From an uncultured Pelagibacteraceae bacterium (GTDB taxonomy: Bacteria > Pseudomonadota > Alphaproteobacteria > Pelagibacterales > Pelagibacteraceae): 64,000 nucleotides of DNA. The stretch lies in the NCBI GenBank assembly GCA_902597215.1, contig CACJWU010000002.1, positions 30,275 to 94,274 on the forward strand, written 5' to 3'. Shown piece after piece: positions 1 through 8,331 of this stretch. Each line of letters opens with the position of its first letter. Positions within the stretch are counted from its first letter, which is position 1. A model generated the notes under the pieces. The model was given only the letters and a program-made list of their open reading frames with translations. It made no database searches and was not told the origin of the DNA. The position numbers and the translations under genes were made by a program.

Positions 1-1
1 T

Positions 2-205
2 GCATACTTATCAATTATAATTGGATTAATTGGTGGTTTTTTAATTTTTCCCACACCTGATTTTTCAAAAAGTTTATTGGTTGGAATCTTAATCTCAAAA
101 GATTTGTTTCCACTTTTTGTTTCACAGTCATTATTATTTTTGTCATTTGTAGTTGCAACATTTTTACCATTATTAGTTTTAAAAGCTAAAAAGATTGTTT
201 ATTAG
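2..205 (+). CDS. 3' end of a membrane protein, partial (possibly a sodium:solute symporter)
   Basis: Frame 2 is open from the window edge: AYLSIIIGLIGGFLIFPTPDFSKSLLVG...KAKKIVY, stop TAG at 203-205. The sequence is hydrophobic. The family call is tentative. Confidence 0.6.
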   Translation, partial: AYLSIIIGLIGGFLIFPTPDFSKSLLVGILISKDLFPLFVSQSLLFLSFVVATFLPLLVLKAKKIVY

Positions 206-245
206 TTGATTGTATTAATTAAATTAATAGTTATATATCTGCACA

Positions 246-1175
246 ATGGCGGATAATCAGATAATTATAAGTGATCTTTCAAAAGTATACGATAATGGCT
301 TCACTGCTTTAAAAAATATTAATTTAAATATTAAAAAGGGAGAAATTTTTGCAATGCTTGGTCCAAATGGGGCAGGTAAGACTACTTTGATAAGTATAAT
401 TTGTGGAATAGTAAATCCAACTTCAGGTGAGGTGAAAGTAGATAATTTTGATATTGTCAATGATTATAGAGAAACTAGATCAAGAATAGGATTAGTGCCT
501 CAAGAGTTGACATTGGAGCAATTTGAAACAGTATTCAACAATGTATCTTATTCAAGAGGTCTTTATGGAAAAAAACCTAGCTCTGACCATATAGAAAAAA
601 TTTTAAAACAATTAAGTCTTTGGGATAAAAAGGATCTTAGACTTAGACAATTATCGGGCGGAATGAAACGAAGAGTTTTAATTGCAAAAGCGTTATCTCA
701 TGAACCTTCGATCTTATTTTTAGATGAACCCACAGCAGGCGTAGATGTTGAGTTAAGAAAAGATATGTGGAAAATTGTAGAAAATTTGAGGAAGACTGGT
801 GTAACAATTATTCTAACAACCCATTACATTGAAGAGGCAGAAGCTATTGCTGATAGGGTTGGTGTAATTAATCAAGGAGAGATTATTGTTGTTGATGATA
901 CAAAAGAATTATTAAAGAAAATGGGACATAAAAAATTAACAGTTGAACTACAAGAAAATTTGAATGAAATTCCGTTGTCACTTAATAAATATAATTTATC
1001 TTTAGGGGCAAATAAAATGAGCTTAGACTACACTTATAATGTCCAAGCTAAACAAACGGGAATTACAAATTTATTACAAGACTTAAAAGATGCAGGTTTA
1101 AAATTAAAAGATTTAAAAACAGAGCAAAGCACGTTAGAAAAAATTTTTGTTAATTTAGTAAAGGAAAAAAAATGA
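246..1175 (+). CDS. ABC transporter ATP-binding protein (YadG-like exporter)
   Basis: Walker [10 protein letters not shown], signature LSGGMKRR, Walker [10 protein letters not shown]-loop TTHY. Confidence 0.95.
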   Translation: MADNQIIISDLSKVYDNGFTALKNINLNIKKGEIFAMLGPNGAGKTTLISIICGIVNPTSGEVKVDNFDIVNDYRETRSRIGLVPQELTLEQFETVFNNVSYSRGLYGKKPSSDHIEKILKQLSLWDKKDLRLRQLSGGMKRRVLIAKALSHEPSILFLDEPTAGVDVELRKDMWKIVENLRKTGVTIILTTHYIEEAEAIADRVGVINQGEIIVVDDTKELLKKMGHKKLTVELQENLNEIPLSLNKYNLSLGANKMSLDYTYNVQAKQTGITNLLQDLKDAGLKLKDLKTEQSTLEKIFVNLVKEKK

Positions 1176-1939
1176 AAATTAATAGTTTAGCATTAAAAGC
1201 AATATATCTTCATGAAATGGATAGATTCAGACGAACTTTGACACAATCTTTATTATCTCCGGTGTTAACAACTTCACTTTATTTCATTGTTTTCGGTTCT
1301 GTTATTGGAGGCTATGTGGAAAAAATTGATGGAATAAGTTATGGATCTTATATTGTTCCAGGTTTATTGATGTTAACTTTATTGACCCAGTCAATTAGTA
1401 ACACATCGTTTGGAATTTTTTTTCCAAAATTTAATGGAACAATTTATGAAATACTTGCAGCCCCAATCTCAACTTTTGAGGTAGTTCTTGCTTTTGTTGG
1501 AGCAGGAGCAACAAAAACATTAATTGTGAGTATAGTCATATTTATTACTTCATTATTTTTTGTTGATGTCCAAGTTAAATATCCCTTACTAATGATTTTT
1601 TTGTTAATTTTAGTAGCATTTACTTTTGCATTATTTGGTTTCTTAATAGGATTGATGAGTTCAGATTTTGAACAAATGTCAATTATTCCAACTTTATTTA
1701 TAACACCAATGGTATTTTTAGGAGGTAGTTTATACTCATTAGATATGCTCCCACCTTTCTGGCAAGCAGTTACTTACTTTAATCCAGTCGTTTATCTTGT
1801 TAATGGATTGAGATTTTCTTTCTACGGAGTTTCAGATTTTAATATTTGGATAAGTATAGGCACAATGTTTTTGTTTTTAACAATTTGTATCACTGTTGTT
1901 ACTTTACTTCTTAAAAAAGGATATAAAATAAAATCTTAA
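1172..1939 (+). CDS. ABC-2 type permease (YadH-like)
   Basis: About six TM segments, [11 protein letters not shown] and [11 protein letters not shown] motifs, ATGA overlap with the ATPase gene. Confidence 0.92.
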   Translation: MKINSLALKAIYLHEMDRFRRTLTQSLLSPVLTTSLYFIVFGSVIGGYVEKIDGISYGSYIVPGLLMLTLLTQSISNTSFGIFFPKFNGTIYEILAAPISTFEVVLAFVGAGATKTLIVSIVIFITSLFFVDVQVKYPLLMIFLLILVAFTFALFGFLIGLMSSDFEQMSIIPTLFITPMVFLGGSLYSLDMLPPFWQAVTYFNPVVYLVNGLRFSFYGVSDFNIWISIGTMFLFLTICITVVTLLLKKGYKIKS

Positions 1940-1963
1940 CTGACCCATCTCTGGGCCAGTTAA
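1936..1963 (-). terminator. Hairpin between the convergent permease and icl genes
   Basis: Minus strand reads TTAACTGGCCCA-GAGA-TGGGTCAGTTAA: 12-bp stem with one G-U pair and a GNRA loop. Confidence 0.7.
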
Positions 1964-1993
1964 AATTACTAATATACAAGAGGAATTGTTTTA

Positions 1994-3268
1994 TTAGAAC
2001 TGTTCAGACTCTGTCGAGCCTTTCATTGCTGTCGTAGAGCTTTTTCCACTACTAATCGTATTAGAAACAGCATCAAAATAAGAAGTACCAACTTCTCTTT
2101 GATGTTTAATACTTGTGTAACCATCTTTCTCACGAGCAAATTCTTGTTGTTGAATTTTTGAATAAGCAGTCATACCTTCTTTTTTGTATTTTTCAGCTAG
2201 TTCAAAAACAGCAATATTTTGTGTATGAAATCCTGCTAGAGTTATAAATTGAAATTTATAGCCCATCTTACTTATTTCTTTTTGAAAGCTTGCAATTTCA
2301 TCATCTGACAAATTTTTTTTCCAATTAAATGATGGAGAACAATTGTAAGCTAAAAGTTTTCCAGGAAACTTTTTGTGAATAGCATCTGCAAATTTTTTTG
2401 CTTCTTCAAGATTTGGTGTTGCAGTTTCGCACCAAATTAAATCAGAATATGGTGCGTAAGCTAATCCGCGAGAAATTGCTTGATCGATTCCAGCTTTTAC
2501 ATAATAAAATCCTTCCGGTGATCTTTCACCAGTTAAGAAAGGTTTATCATTTACATCATAATCATTTGTTATCAATTTTGCAGCATTCGCATCAGTTCTT
2601 GCTAATATAATCAATGGGACATTAGCAATATCTGCAGCTAGTCTTGCTGCTTTTAAATTTTTTATCATTGTACCTGTTGGTACAAGAACTTTCCCACCCA
2701 TATGACCACATTTTTTTTCACTAGCTAATTGATCTTCAAAATGAACACCAGCTGCTCCTGCTTTAATAAATTTTTTTGAAAGCTCAAATACATTTAATGG
2801 TCCACCAAAACCTGCTTCTCCATCAGCAATAATTGGCAGCATATAATCAAGTTTTTTATTTTCTTGCATATCACCATCAGCGAGTTCCATATGTTGAATT
2901 TGATCAGCTCTTAATAATGCATTATTCATCGACTCAACTAATTTAGGAGCACTATCATATGGATATAATGATTGATCAGGATACATTTCGCCTGCACTAT
3001 TGGCATCAGCTGCTACTTGCCAACCACTCAAATAAATAGCTTTTAAACCAGCTTTTGCGTGTTGGACAGCGTGATTTCCAGATAAAGAACCGAGTGTATT
3101 TACATAAGGCTCTGAATTTAATAAATTCCACAATTTAGTAGATTGCTGTTTGCTTAAAGAGTACTCAATTTTTACAGATCCTCTTAATCTTTCAACTTCT
3201 TCCGGGGCGTAGTCTCTTTTAATACCTGCAAATCTTTTTAAGTCGTATGAGACATTCTCTGCACTCAT
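1994..3268 (-). CDS. aceA: Isocitrate lyase
   Basis: Catalytic KKCGHM motif, plus [21 protein letters not shown] and HQREVG. Confidence 0.98.
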   Translation of the reverse strand: MSAENVSYDLKRFAGIKRDYAPEEVERLRGSVKIEYSLSKQQSTKLWNLLNSEPYVNTLGSLSGNHAVQHAKAGLKAIYLSGWQVAADANSAGEMYPDQSLYPYDSAPKLVESMNNALLRADQIQHMELADGDMQENKKLDYMLPIIADGEAGFGGPLNVFELSKKFIKAGAAGVHFEDQLASEKKCGHMGGKVLVPTGTMIKNLKAARLAADIANVPLIILARTDANAAKLITNDYDVNDKPFLTGERSPEGFYYVKAGIDQAISRGLAYAPYSDLIWCETATPNLEEAKKFADAIHKKFPGKLLAYNCSPSFNWKKNLSDDEIASFQKEISKMGYKFQFITLAGFHTQNIAVFELAEKYKKEGMTAYSKIQQQEFAREKDGYTSIKHQREVGTSYFDAVSNTISSGKSSTTAMKGSTESEQF

Positions 3269-3325
3269 TTTAATCCTATGTTTTTAATACTACTTTTGAA
3301 ATGAATAAAGTTGGATGAAATATAA

Positions 3326-3487
3326 TTAGTTTGAGTCTTTTAGGGTCTCAACTAGATCTTTCATTCCACTTGAACCCCAATCACAATGATCATCTCTCAT
3401 GTAGATTCCTCTACTATTATGTATAGCAAGGTCTTCTTGATTTATGATTTGAGCCTCATTTTTTATATTTTTTAATTTTTCGTCCAT
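3326..3487 (-). CDS. Small hypothetical protein (53 aa) upstream of icl
   Basis: Hand-translated: MDEKLKNIKNEAQIINQEDLAIHNSRGIYMRDDHCDWGSSGMKDLVETLKDSN. It fills an otherwise long spacer and is co-oriented with icl. Confidence 0.6.
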   Translation of the reverse strand: MDEKLKNIKNEAQIINQEDLAIHNSRGIYMRDDHCDWGSSGMKDLVETLKDSN

Positions 3488-3590
3488 GTAAATTTTATAA
3501 TTTACAAAATTTACAAAATCTATAAAAAAGCAAAAAATACTTGTAAATTGAGGAAAAAAAATGTAAAAATTAATTTACAAAATTTACAAA
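3486..3590. promoter_or_regulatory. Duplicated operator-like boxes in the icl/regulator divergent spacer
   Basis: ATGTAAATTTTATAATTTACAAAATTTACAAA (3486-3517) and ATGTAAAAATTAATTTACAAAATTTACAAA (3561-3590). Confidence 0.65.
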
Positions 3591-3598
3591 TAGAAAAT

Positions 3599-5032
3599 AT
3601 GAGTCAATTAAATTTAAAAATTGGGCCAAAAATCAAGGCTTTTAGACGTCAAATGGGTCTTCAAGCTAATAAATTAGCTGATGATTTGGGTATTTCTCCA
3701 AGTTATTTAAATCTAATAGAAGGAGGTAAAAGAAAAATAGATGGAGACCTTCTTTTAAAGATTTGTGAAAAATTAAATATTGAGCTCTCACATCTCACAT
3801 CAAAAACAGACATAAATTTAGAAAACACTTTATCAGAAATTTTGGATGATAAATTATTTGAGGATTTAGATATTTTGGGTCCAGAGGTTAAAGATTTAGT
3901 TAGTACTAATCCAAAAATTGGTAAAGCAATTGTAAGGCTGGGAGACATTCTTAAAAAGAAAGATCATGAATTAGTAAATAGAATAGAAAAAATATCTGGC
4001 AAAATCGTTGATAATAGAAAAAATTCTTTTCCAGGAGAGGTTATTTCAGATTTTCTTCAGGAAAATAAAAATTACTTTCCAAAATTGGAGGAATTTGCAA
4101 ATCAAGTTTTTGAAAAAGTTCAAAAAAATAATCGAACTAGATATATTGCATTGTGTGATTATTTATTGTCAGAATATTCAATTACTGTAAAAGACGTTAT
4201 TCCTGAAGAAGATAAGCCATTTTCAAAAATTTATAATAAAAATAAAAAAGAACTTTTACTTAGTGATTATAGTTCGCTTGAAACTAAAAAACTTCATGCT
4301 GCTGCTCAAATAGCTCAAGAAGGAGCAAATAAAGAAATTGAGGATTATTTATCTAATTTTTCTTTTCCCACAGAAGAATCTAAGAAATTATCAAAAGTTG
4401 CATTACTTAATTACTGTGGAGCTGCAATTTTAATGCCTTATAAATTATTTCACTCTGAGTGTAAAAAACTTAAATACGATCTTGAATTATTACAGAATAC
4501 TTTTGCGACTTCTTTTGAACAGGTAGCTCATAGAGTAACCTGTTTACAAGATCCTAAATTACCAGGAATACCATTTCATTTTTTAAGAGTTGATATGGCA
4601 GGTAACATATCTAAAAGATTTTCATTGTCTGGAATCGAAATTCCAAGATATGGCGGAGCATGTCCAAGATGGAACGTTTATTCCGCTTTTACAAGGCCAG
4701 GTGTCATTCAAGCAGCAGTTAGTAAAATGACAAATGGCGAAAAATATGTTTGTATTGCTAGAACAGTTGAAAAAGGTATAGGTAGATTTGGTCAGTCAAA
4801 AAGCATTTTATCAATTGGTTTAGGTTGTGAAGCAAAATTCGCGAAAGATTTTGTTTATACTGAAAATGTAAGTATAAATGATAAATCAACAGAAATTCCA
4901 ATCGGTGTGTCATGTAGAACCTGTGATAGATTAGACTGTTCACAGAGAGCTTTTCCCCCACTACATAAAAAATTTGATGTAGATATAAATACGAGAGGCG
5001 TATCTGTTTATGTTGGAGATAAAAATAAATAA
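3599..5032 (+). CDS. Short-chain fatty acyl-CoA regulator (ScfR family; RamB/PrpR/PccR-like XRE regulator)
   Basis: N-terminal XRE HTH (GISPSYLNLIEGGKR), SFEQVAHR, RVDMAGNISKRFS, GGACPRW and C-terminal CRTCDRLDCSQRAFP. It is divergent from icl. Start re-called at ATG 3599. Confidence 0.92.
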   Translation: MSQLNLKIGPKIKAFRRQMGLQANKLADDLGISPSYLNLIEGGKRKIDGDLLLKICEKLNIELSHLTSKTDINLENTLSEILDDKLFEDLDILGPEVKDLVSTNPKIGKAIVRLGDILKKKDHELVNRIEKISGKIVDNRKNSFPGEVISDFLQENKNYFPKLEEFANQVFEKVQKNNRTRYIALCDYLLSEYSITVKDVIPEEDKPFSKIYNKNKKELLLSDYSSLETKKLHAAAQIAQEGANKEIEDYLSNFSFPTEESKKLSKVALLNYCGAAILMPYKLFHSECKKLKYDLELLQNTFATSFEQVAHRVTCLQDPKLPGIPFHFLRVDMAGNISKRFSLSGIEIPRYGGACPRWNVYSAFTRPGVIQAAVSKMTNGEKYVCIARTVEKGIGRFGQSKSILSIGLGCEAKFAKDFVYTENVSINDKSTEIPIGVSCRTCDRLDCSQRAFPPLHKKFDVDINTRGVSVYVGDKNK

Positions 5033-5041
5033 AATAACTAA

Positions 5042-5206
5042 ATGATAAAATTTGTTATTCCAGCAATTATAATTTTTTTAATTGTTTTATTTTGGGAAAA
5101 AATAAATGATAAAATTTATCAAAAATTTAAGATCAGAATAAATTATATTGGAATTTTAATTCTTATTTTTATAATCGGGACTATTCTTCTATTATTATAT
5201 TTTTAA
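5042..5206 (+). CDS. Small 2-TM hypothetical protein (54 aa)
   Basis: MIKFVIPAIIIFLIVLFWEKINDKIYQKFKIRINYIGILILIFIIGTILLLLYF; fits tightly between the flanking genes. Confidence 0.65.
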   Translation: MIKFVIPAIIIFLIVLFWEKINDKIYQKFKIRINYIGILILIFIIGTILLLLYF

Positions 5207-5210
5207 ATTT

Positions 5211-5480
5211 ATGAGAGATTTTAATATTAATAAATATGAATTAACTGAAACGGAAGGTATTTTTACTTTAAAAAATATAAACACAACTATAGGATTTGTT
5301 CGATTTAATAATGTTGGTGAAGTAGAATATATTTTTGTTAATCCACTTTTTAGAAAAAGAGGCATCGCTAAAAAATTACTTAGATTAGTAAAAAATAAAA
5401 CTGGAAAAAATATAATATTTCAAAAACCTATAAGTCCATTAGGAACGAAACTTTTAAAGTCATTAGAAAAATGGAATTAA
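5211..5480 (+). CDS. Small GNAT-family N-acetyltransferase
   Basis: Motif A: IFVNPLFRKRGIAKKLL. Confidence 0.8.
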   Translation: MRDFNINKYELTETEGIFTLKNINTTIGFVRFNNVGEVEYIFVNPLFRKRGIAKKLLRLVKNKTGKNIIFQKPISPLGTKLLKSLEKWN

Positions 5481-6085
5481 AAAAAAAATTAAAACCTCGA
5501 ATAAAAGCTAGATTGAGAAAGATGGGGCTAAAAACAAAATTAAACCCGCAAATTGGAGCCCGTATCAGAAAAAATAAAGAAATTATTAATAAAAACATAG
5601 ATAATTTTTTTGATTGGATAAAAGGAGCACAATTAATTGAATTGAAAAAATGTAATGTAAATGAGGATCCTGTCAGACCAGAATTGGATAATGTTTTTAG
5701 AAGAAGTTATGGAAGAAAGATTTATGGTGTTAAGTACATGGGTGAAATTCATGCTGTTATGTGTTTTGCATACACTAATGAAGTTCCAAAAAATGTTAAT
5801 GAATTAGATAAATTTAGTCACGATGCTTTTTTGCAAAGTGCTCAAAGAGATCAAAATGTAGGTCAAATCGCTATTGCTTATACAGTATGGTCAAAAAAAA
5901 AAGGAGGTGGAAAATTAATTGTTAATGAGGTTTTTAAAAAGATAAAAAAATCTAATCATCTTAATAGACTTGTCACCTTGTCACCTTTAACTGATATGGC
6001 AACGCGTTTTCATACAAGTAATGGTGCAAAATTAATACAAGTAAATGACACAACTCAGAATTTTGAATATATAGTATTAAAATAA
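5471..6085 (+). CDS. Hypothetical GNAT-fold protein resembling a minimal malonyl-CoA decarboxylase catalytic domain
   Basis: Motifs CFAYTNEVP, AIAYTVWS, LVTLSP, ATRFHTSNGA and QNFEY. The ORF is secure; the function is inference. Confidence 0.55.
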   Translation: MELKKKLKPRIKARLRKMGLKTKLNPQIGARIRKNKEIINKNIDNFFDWIKGAQLIELKKCNVNEDPVRPELDNVFRRSYGRKIYGVKYMGEIHAVMCFAYTNEVPKNVNELDKFSHDAFLQSAQRDQNVGQIAIAYTVWSKKKGGGKLIVNEVFKKIKKSNHLNRLVTLSPLTDMATRFHTSNGAKLIQVNDTTQNFEYIVLK

Positions 6086-6100
6086 ATCTGATTCGTAAAA

Positions 6101-6649
6101 ATGAAAAAATTATTCATCATTTTAATTTCAATTTTTTTCAATATAAGTTTTTTGTTCGCTGATGAAAGAGCTTTGGAATTAAATCGATTATTTGATGAAC
6201 TAAAAATTAAAGACAAGGATATGAGCTTAAAAATTGAGCAAAAAATTTGGAAAATTTGGAGTACACATCCTGATGATAATAAATTAACTTCAATGCTAGC
6301 TGTTGGATCTGACTTTGTTAATAATAAAAAATATTTTAAAGCTATAGAAACTTTTACGAAAGTCATTGATTTAGATCCAAATTGGGCAGAAGCTTGGAAT
6401 AAACGAGCAACTGTTTTTTATATAGTTGGTGATTTTAAAAAATCTCAAGACGACATTAATAAAGTTTTAAAACTTGAAAAAAGACATTTTGGGGCTTTAG
6501 CTGGTCAGGGCTTAGTAAATATAAAACTTGAAAATTACGAAAAAGCTATAGCTAGTTATGAGGAAGCTGTAAAAATATATCCCTCTATGAATTCACCCAA
6601 AATAATGATAAAACAACTTAAAGAGTTAATAAAAAAGCAATCAATATAG
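6101..6649 (+). CDS. Exported tetratricopeptide repeat protein
   Basis: Signal peptide and TPR motifs (LDPNWAEAWNKRA, HFGALAGQGL). Confidence 0.88.
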   Translation: MKKLFIILISIFFNISFLFADERALELNRLFDELKIKDKDMSLKIEQKIWKIWSTHPDDNKLTSMLAVGSDFVNNKKYFKAIETFTKVIDLDPNWAEAWNKRATVFYIVGDFKKSQDDINKVLKLEKRHFGALAGQGLVNIKLENYEKAIASYEEAVKIYPSMNSPKIMIKQLKELIKKQSI

Positions 6650-7762
6650 ATGATAAGTTACTTAATCCCATTTATAATTTTAATATTAATTGTAGTTTTT
6701 GTTCATGAGTATGGTCATTATTATTTTGCAAAAAGATATGGTGTGGGTGTAACTGATTTTTCAATAGGATTTGGTAAAGAAATTTTTGGTTGGAACGATA
6801 AATCTGGAACAAGATGGAAAATATGTTGGATACCTTTGGGGGGTTATGTAAAATTTTTTGGAGATAGAAATGTTTTTTCTCAAGCTGATCAAGAAAAACT
6901 TCTTAAGAAATATAACGAAAGTGATCAAAAAAAATTATTCGTTTTAAAACCTCTCTATCAAAGAGTTTTGATTGTTTTTGGTGGACCATTGGCAAATTTT
7001 ATTTTAGCTTTATTAATTTTTTTCTTCACATATACATTTGTTGGTAAAGATTTTACACCTGCTGTTATTAATGAAGTTCAAAAGGATAGTCCAGCAATGA
7101 TAGGAGGTCTTAAACAAGATGATATTATATTGGAAATTGATGGTAGCAAAGTTCAGAGTATAATGGATGTTTCTAAGTATATCACGATGTCATCTTCTGA
7201 AATAATTGATTTTAAGGTCAAAAGATCTTATGAAGAAATAATTTTAAAGGTAAAACCTAATATAGTCCTAAGTGAGGACAACTTAGGAAACAAGATTAAT
7301 AAAAGGATGGTGGGTATTAAATTAGGTGCATATAATAATGAAATTAATCATGTAAAATTGGGACCTGCAAAAGCAATTTTTTTTGCTGGCTATGAAGTTT
7401 ATTACGTAAGTATTTCTTCCTTAAAATATATCGGAAACATGATTTTAGGAAAGGCTGATACTTCTCAGTTAGGGGGACCAATTAGAATTGCAAAAATTTC
7501 AGGACAAGTTGCCGAATTTGGAATTTTGGCTTTTATAAGTATGATGGCCTATATTTCAATAAGTTTGGGCTTAATTAATCTTTTCCCAATACCAATGCTG
7601 GATGGAGGTCATCTAATGTTTTATGCGTTCGAAAAACTTTTAGGACGACCATTGTCTCAAAAAACTCAGGAAGGTTTTTTTCGAATCGGCATGTTTTTGC
7701 TATTGACTTTAATGTTTTTCACAACTTTTAATGATCTAAAAGACCTGGGTTTATTTTCTTAA
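6650..7762 (+). CDS. rseP: RIP metalloprotease RseP
   Basis: HEYGH zinc motif, PDZ domain, NLFPIPMLDGG. Confidence 0.96.
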   Translation: MISYLIPFIILILIVVFVHEYGHYYFAKRYGVGVTDFSIGFGKEIFGWNDKSGTRWKICWIPLGGYVKFFGDRNVFSQADQEKLLKKYNESDQKKLFVLKPLYQRVLIVFGGPLANFILALLIFFFTYTFVGKDFTPAVINEVQKDSPAMIGGLKQDDIILEIDGSKVQSIMDVSKYITMSSSEIIDFKVKRSYEEIILKVKPNIVLSEDNLGNKINKRMVGIKLGAYNNEINHVKLGPAKAIFFAGYEVYYVSISSLKYIGNMILGKADTSQLGGPIRIAKISGQVAEFGILAFISMMAYISISLGLINLFPIPMLDGGHLMFYAFEKLLGRPLSQKTQEGFFRIGMFLLLTLMFFTTFNDLKDLGLFS

Positions 7763-7919
7763 TTTATAAAGTTAAAACATCAAATAACCCTTATAAATCA
7801 ACGCTTATTGAAGGATTTACAACATATTGTGTATAACTTTTTATTATATACTAAAAAAAGTCTTGATTTATCAATGCTTTTGAGAAAAATAGTAAATAAC
7901 CTAATAAATCGGAGCTAAA

Positions 7920-8195
7920 ATGAATAAAAAACAATTAGTTGTTAAACTTTCAGGTGCTTTAAATCTAAGTAAAGCAGATGCTGAAAGAACTTTTGACACA
8001 ATTACAAATACTATACTGGATGCTTTAAAAGCTGATGACTCAGTAAAAATTGCTGGATTTGGCACTTATAAAGTAGCTAAAAGAAAAGCAAGAGTTGGAA
8101 GAAATCCTAGAACTGGTGAGCAAATACAAATTGCTGCGTCTCAAAAGGTTAAATTTTTACCCGCTAAAGCTTTAAAAGAAGTTTTCAACCGATAA
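7920..8195 (+). CDS. hup: DNA-binding protein HU
   Basis: MNKKQL start, GFGTY, ARVGRNPRTGE. Confidence 0.96.
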   Translation: MNKKQLVVKLSGALNLSKADAERTFDTITNTILDALKADDSVKIAGFGTYKVAKRKARVGRNPRTGEQIQIAASQKVKFLPAKALKEVFNR

Positions 8196-8204
8196 TAAAC
8201 ATTT

Positions 8205-8240
8205 ACAGCCTTAATACTTTGATGTGTTAAGGCTGTTTCT
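8205..8240 (+). terminator. Intrinsic terminator after hup
   Basis: Stem ACAGCCTTAATAC / GTGTTAAGGCTGT followed by TTCT. Confidence 0.7.
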
Positions 8241-8331
8241 ATATGCAAATATTGCATATCAAATTTTCCTAATCAACGTTAGTTTTTAAAGTTAATAAAA
8301 ATATAAGAGCTTCTTAAAACAGGGAGGTCTT

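Noticed and set aside
5971-5986. Tandem TGTCACCT repeat
   Set aside because: Only two copies, inside the coding sequence for VTLSP; most likely coincidental.
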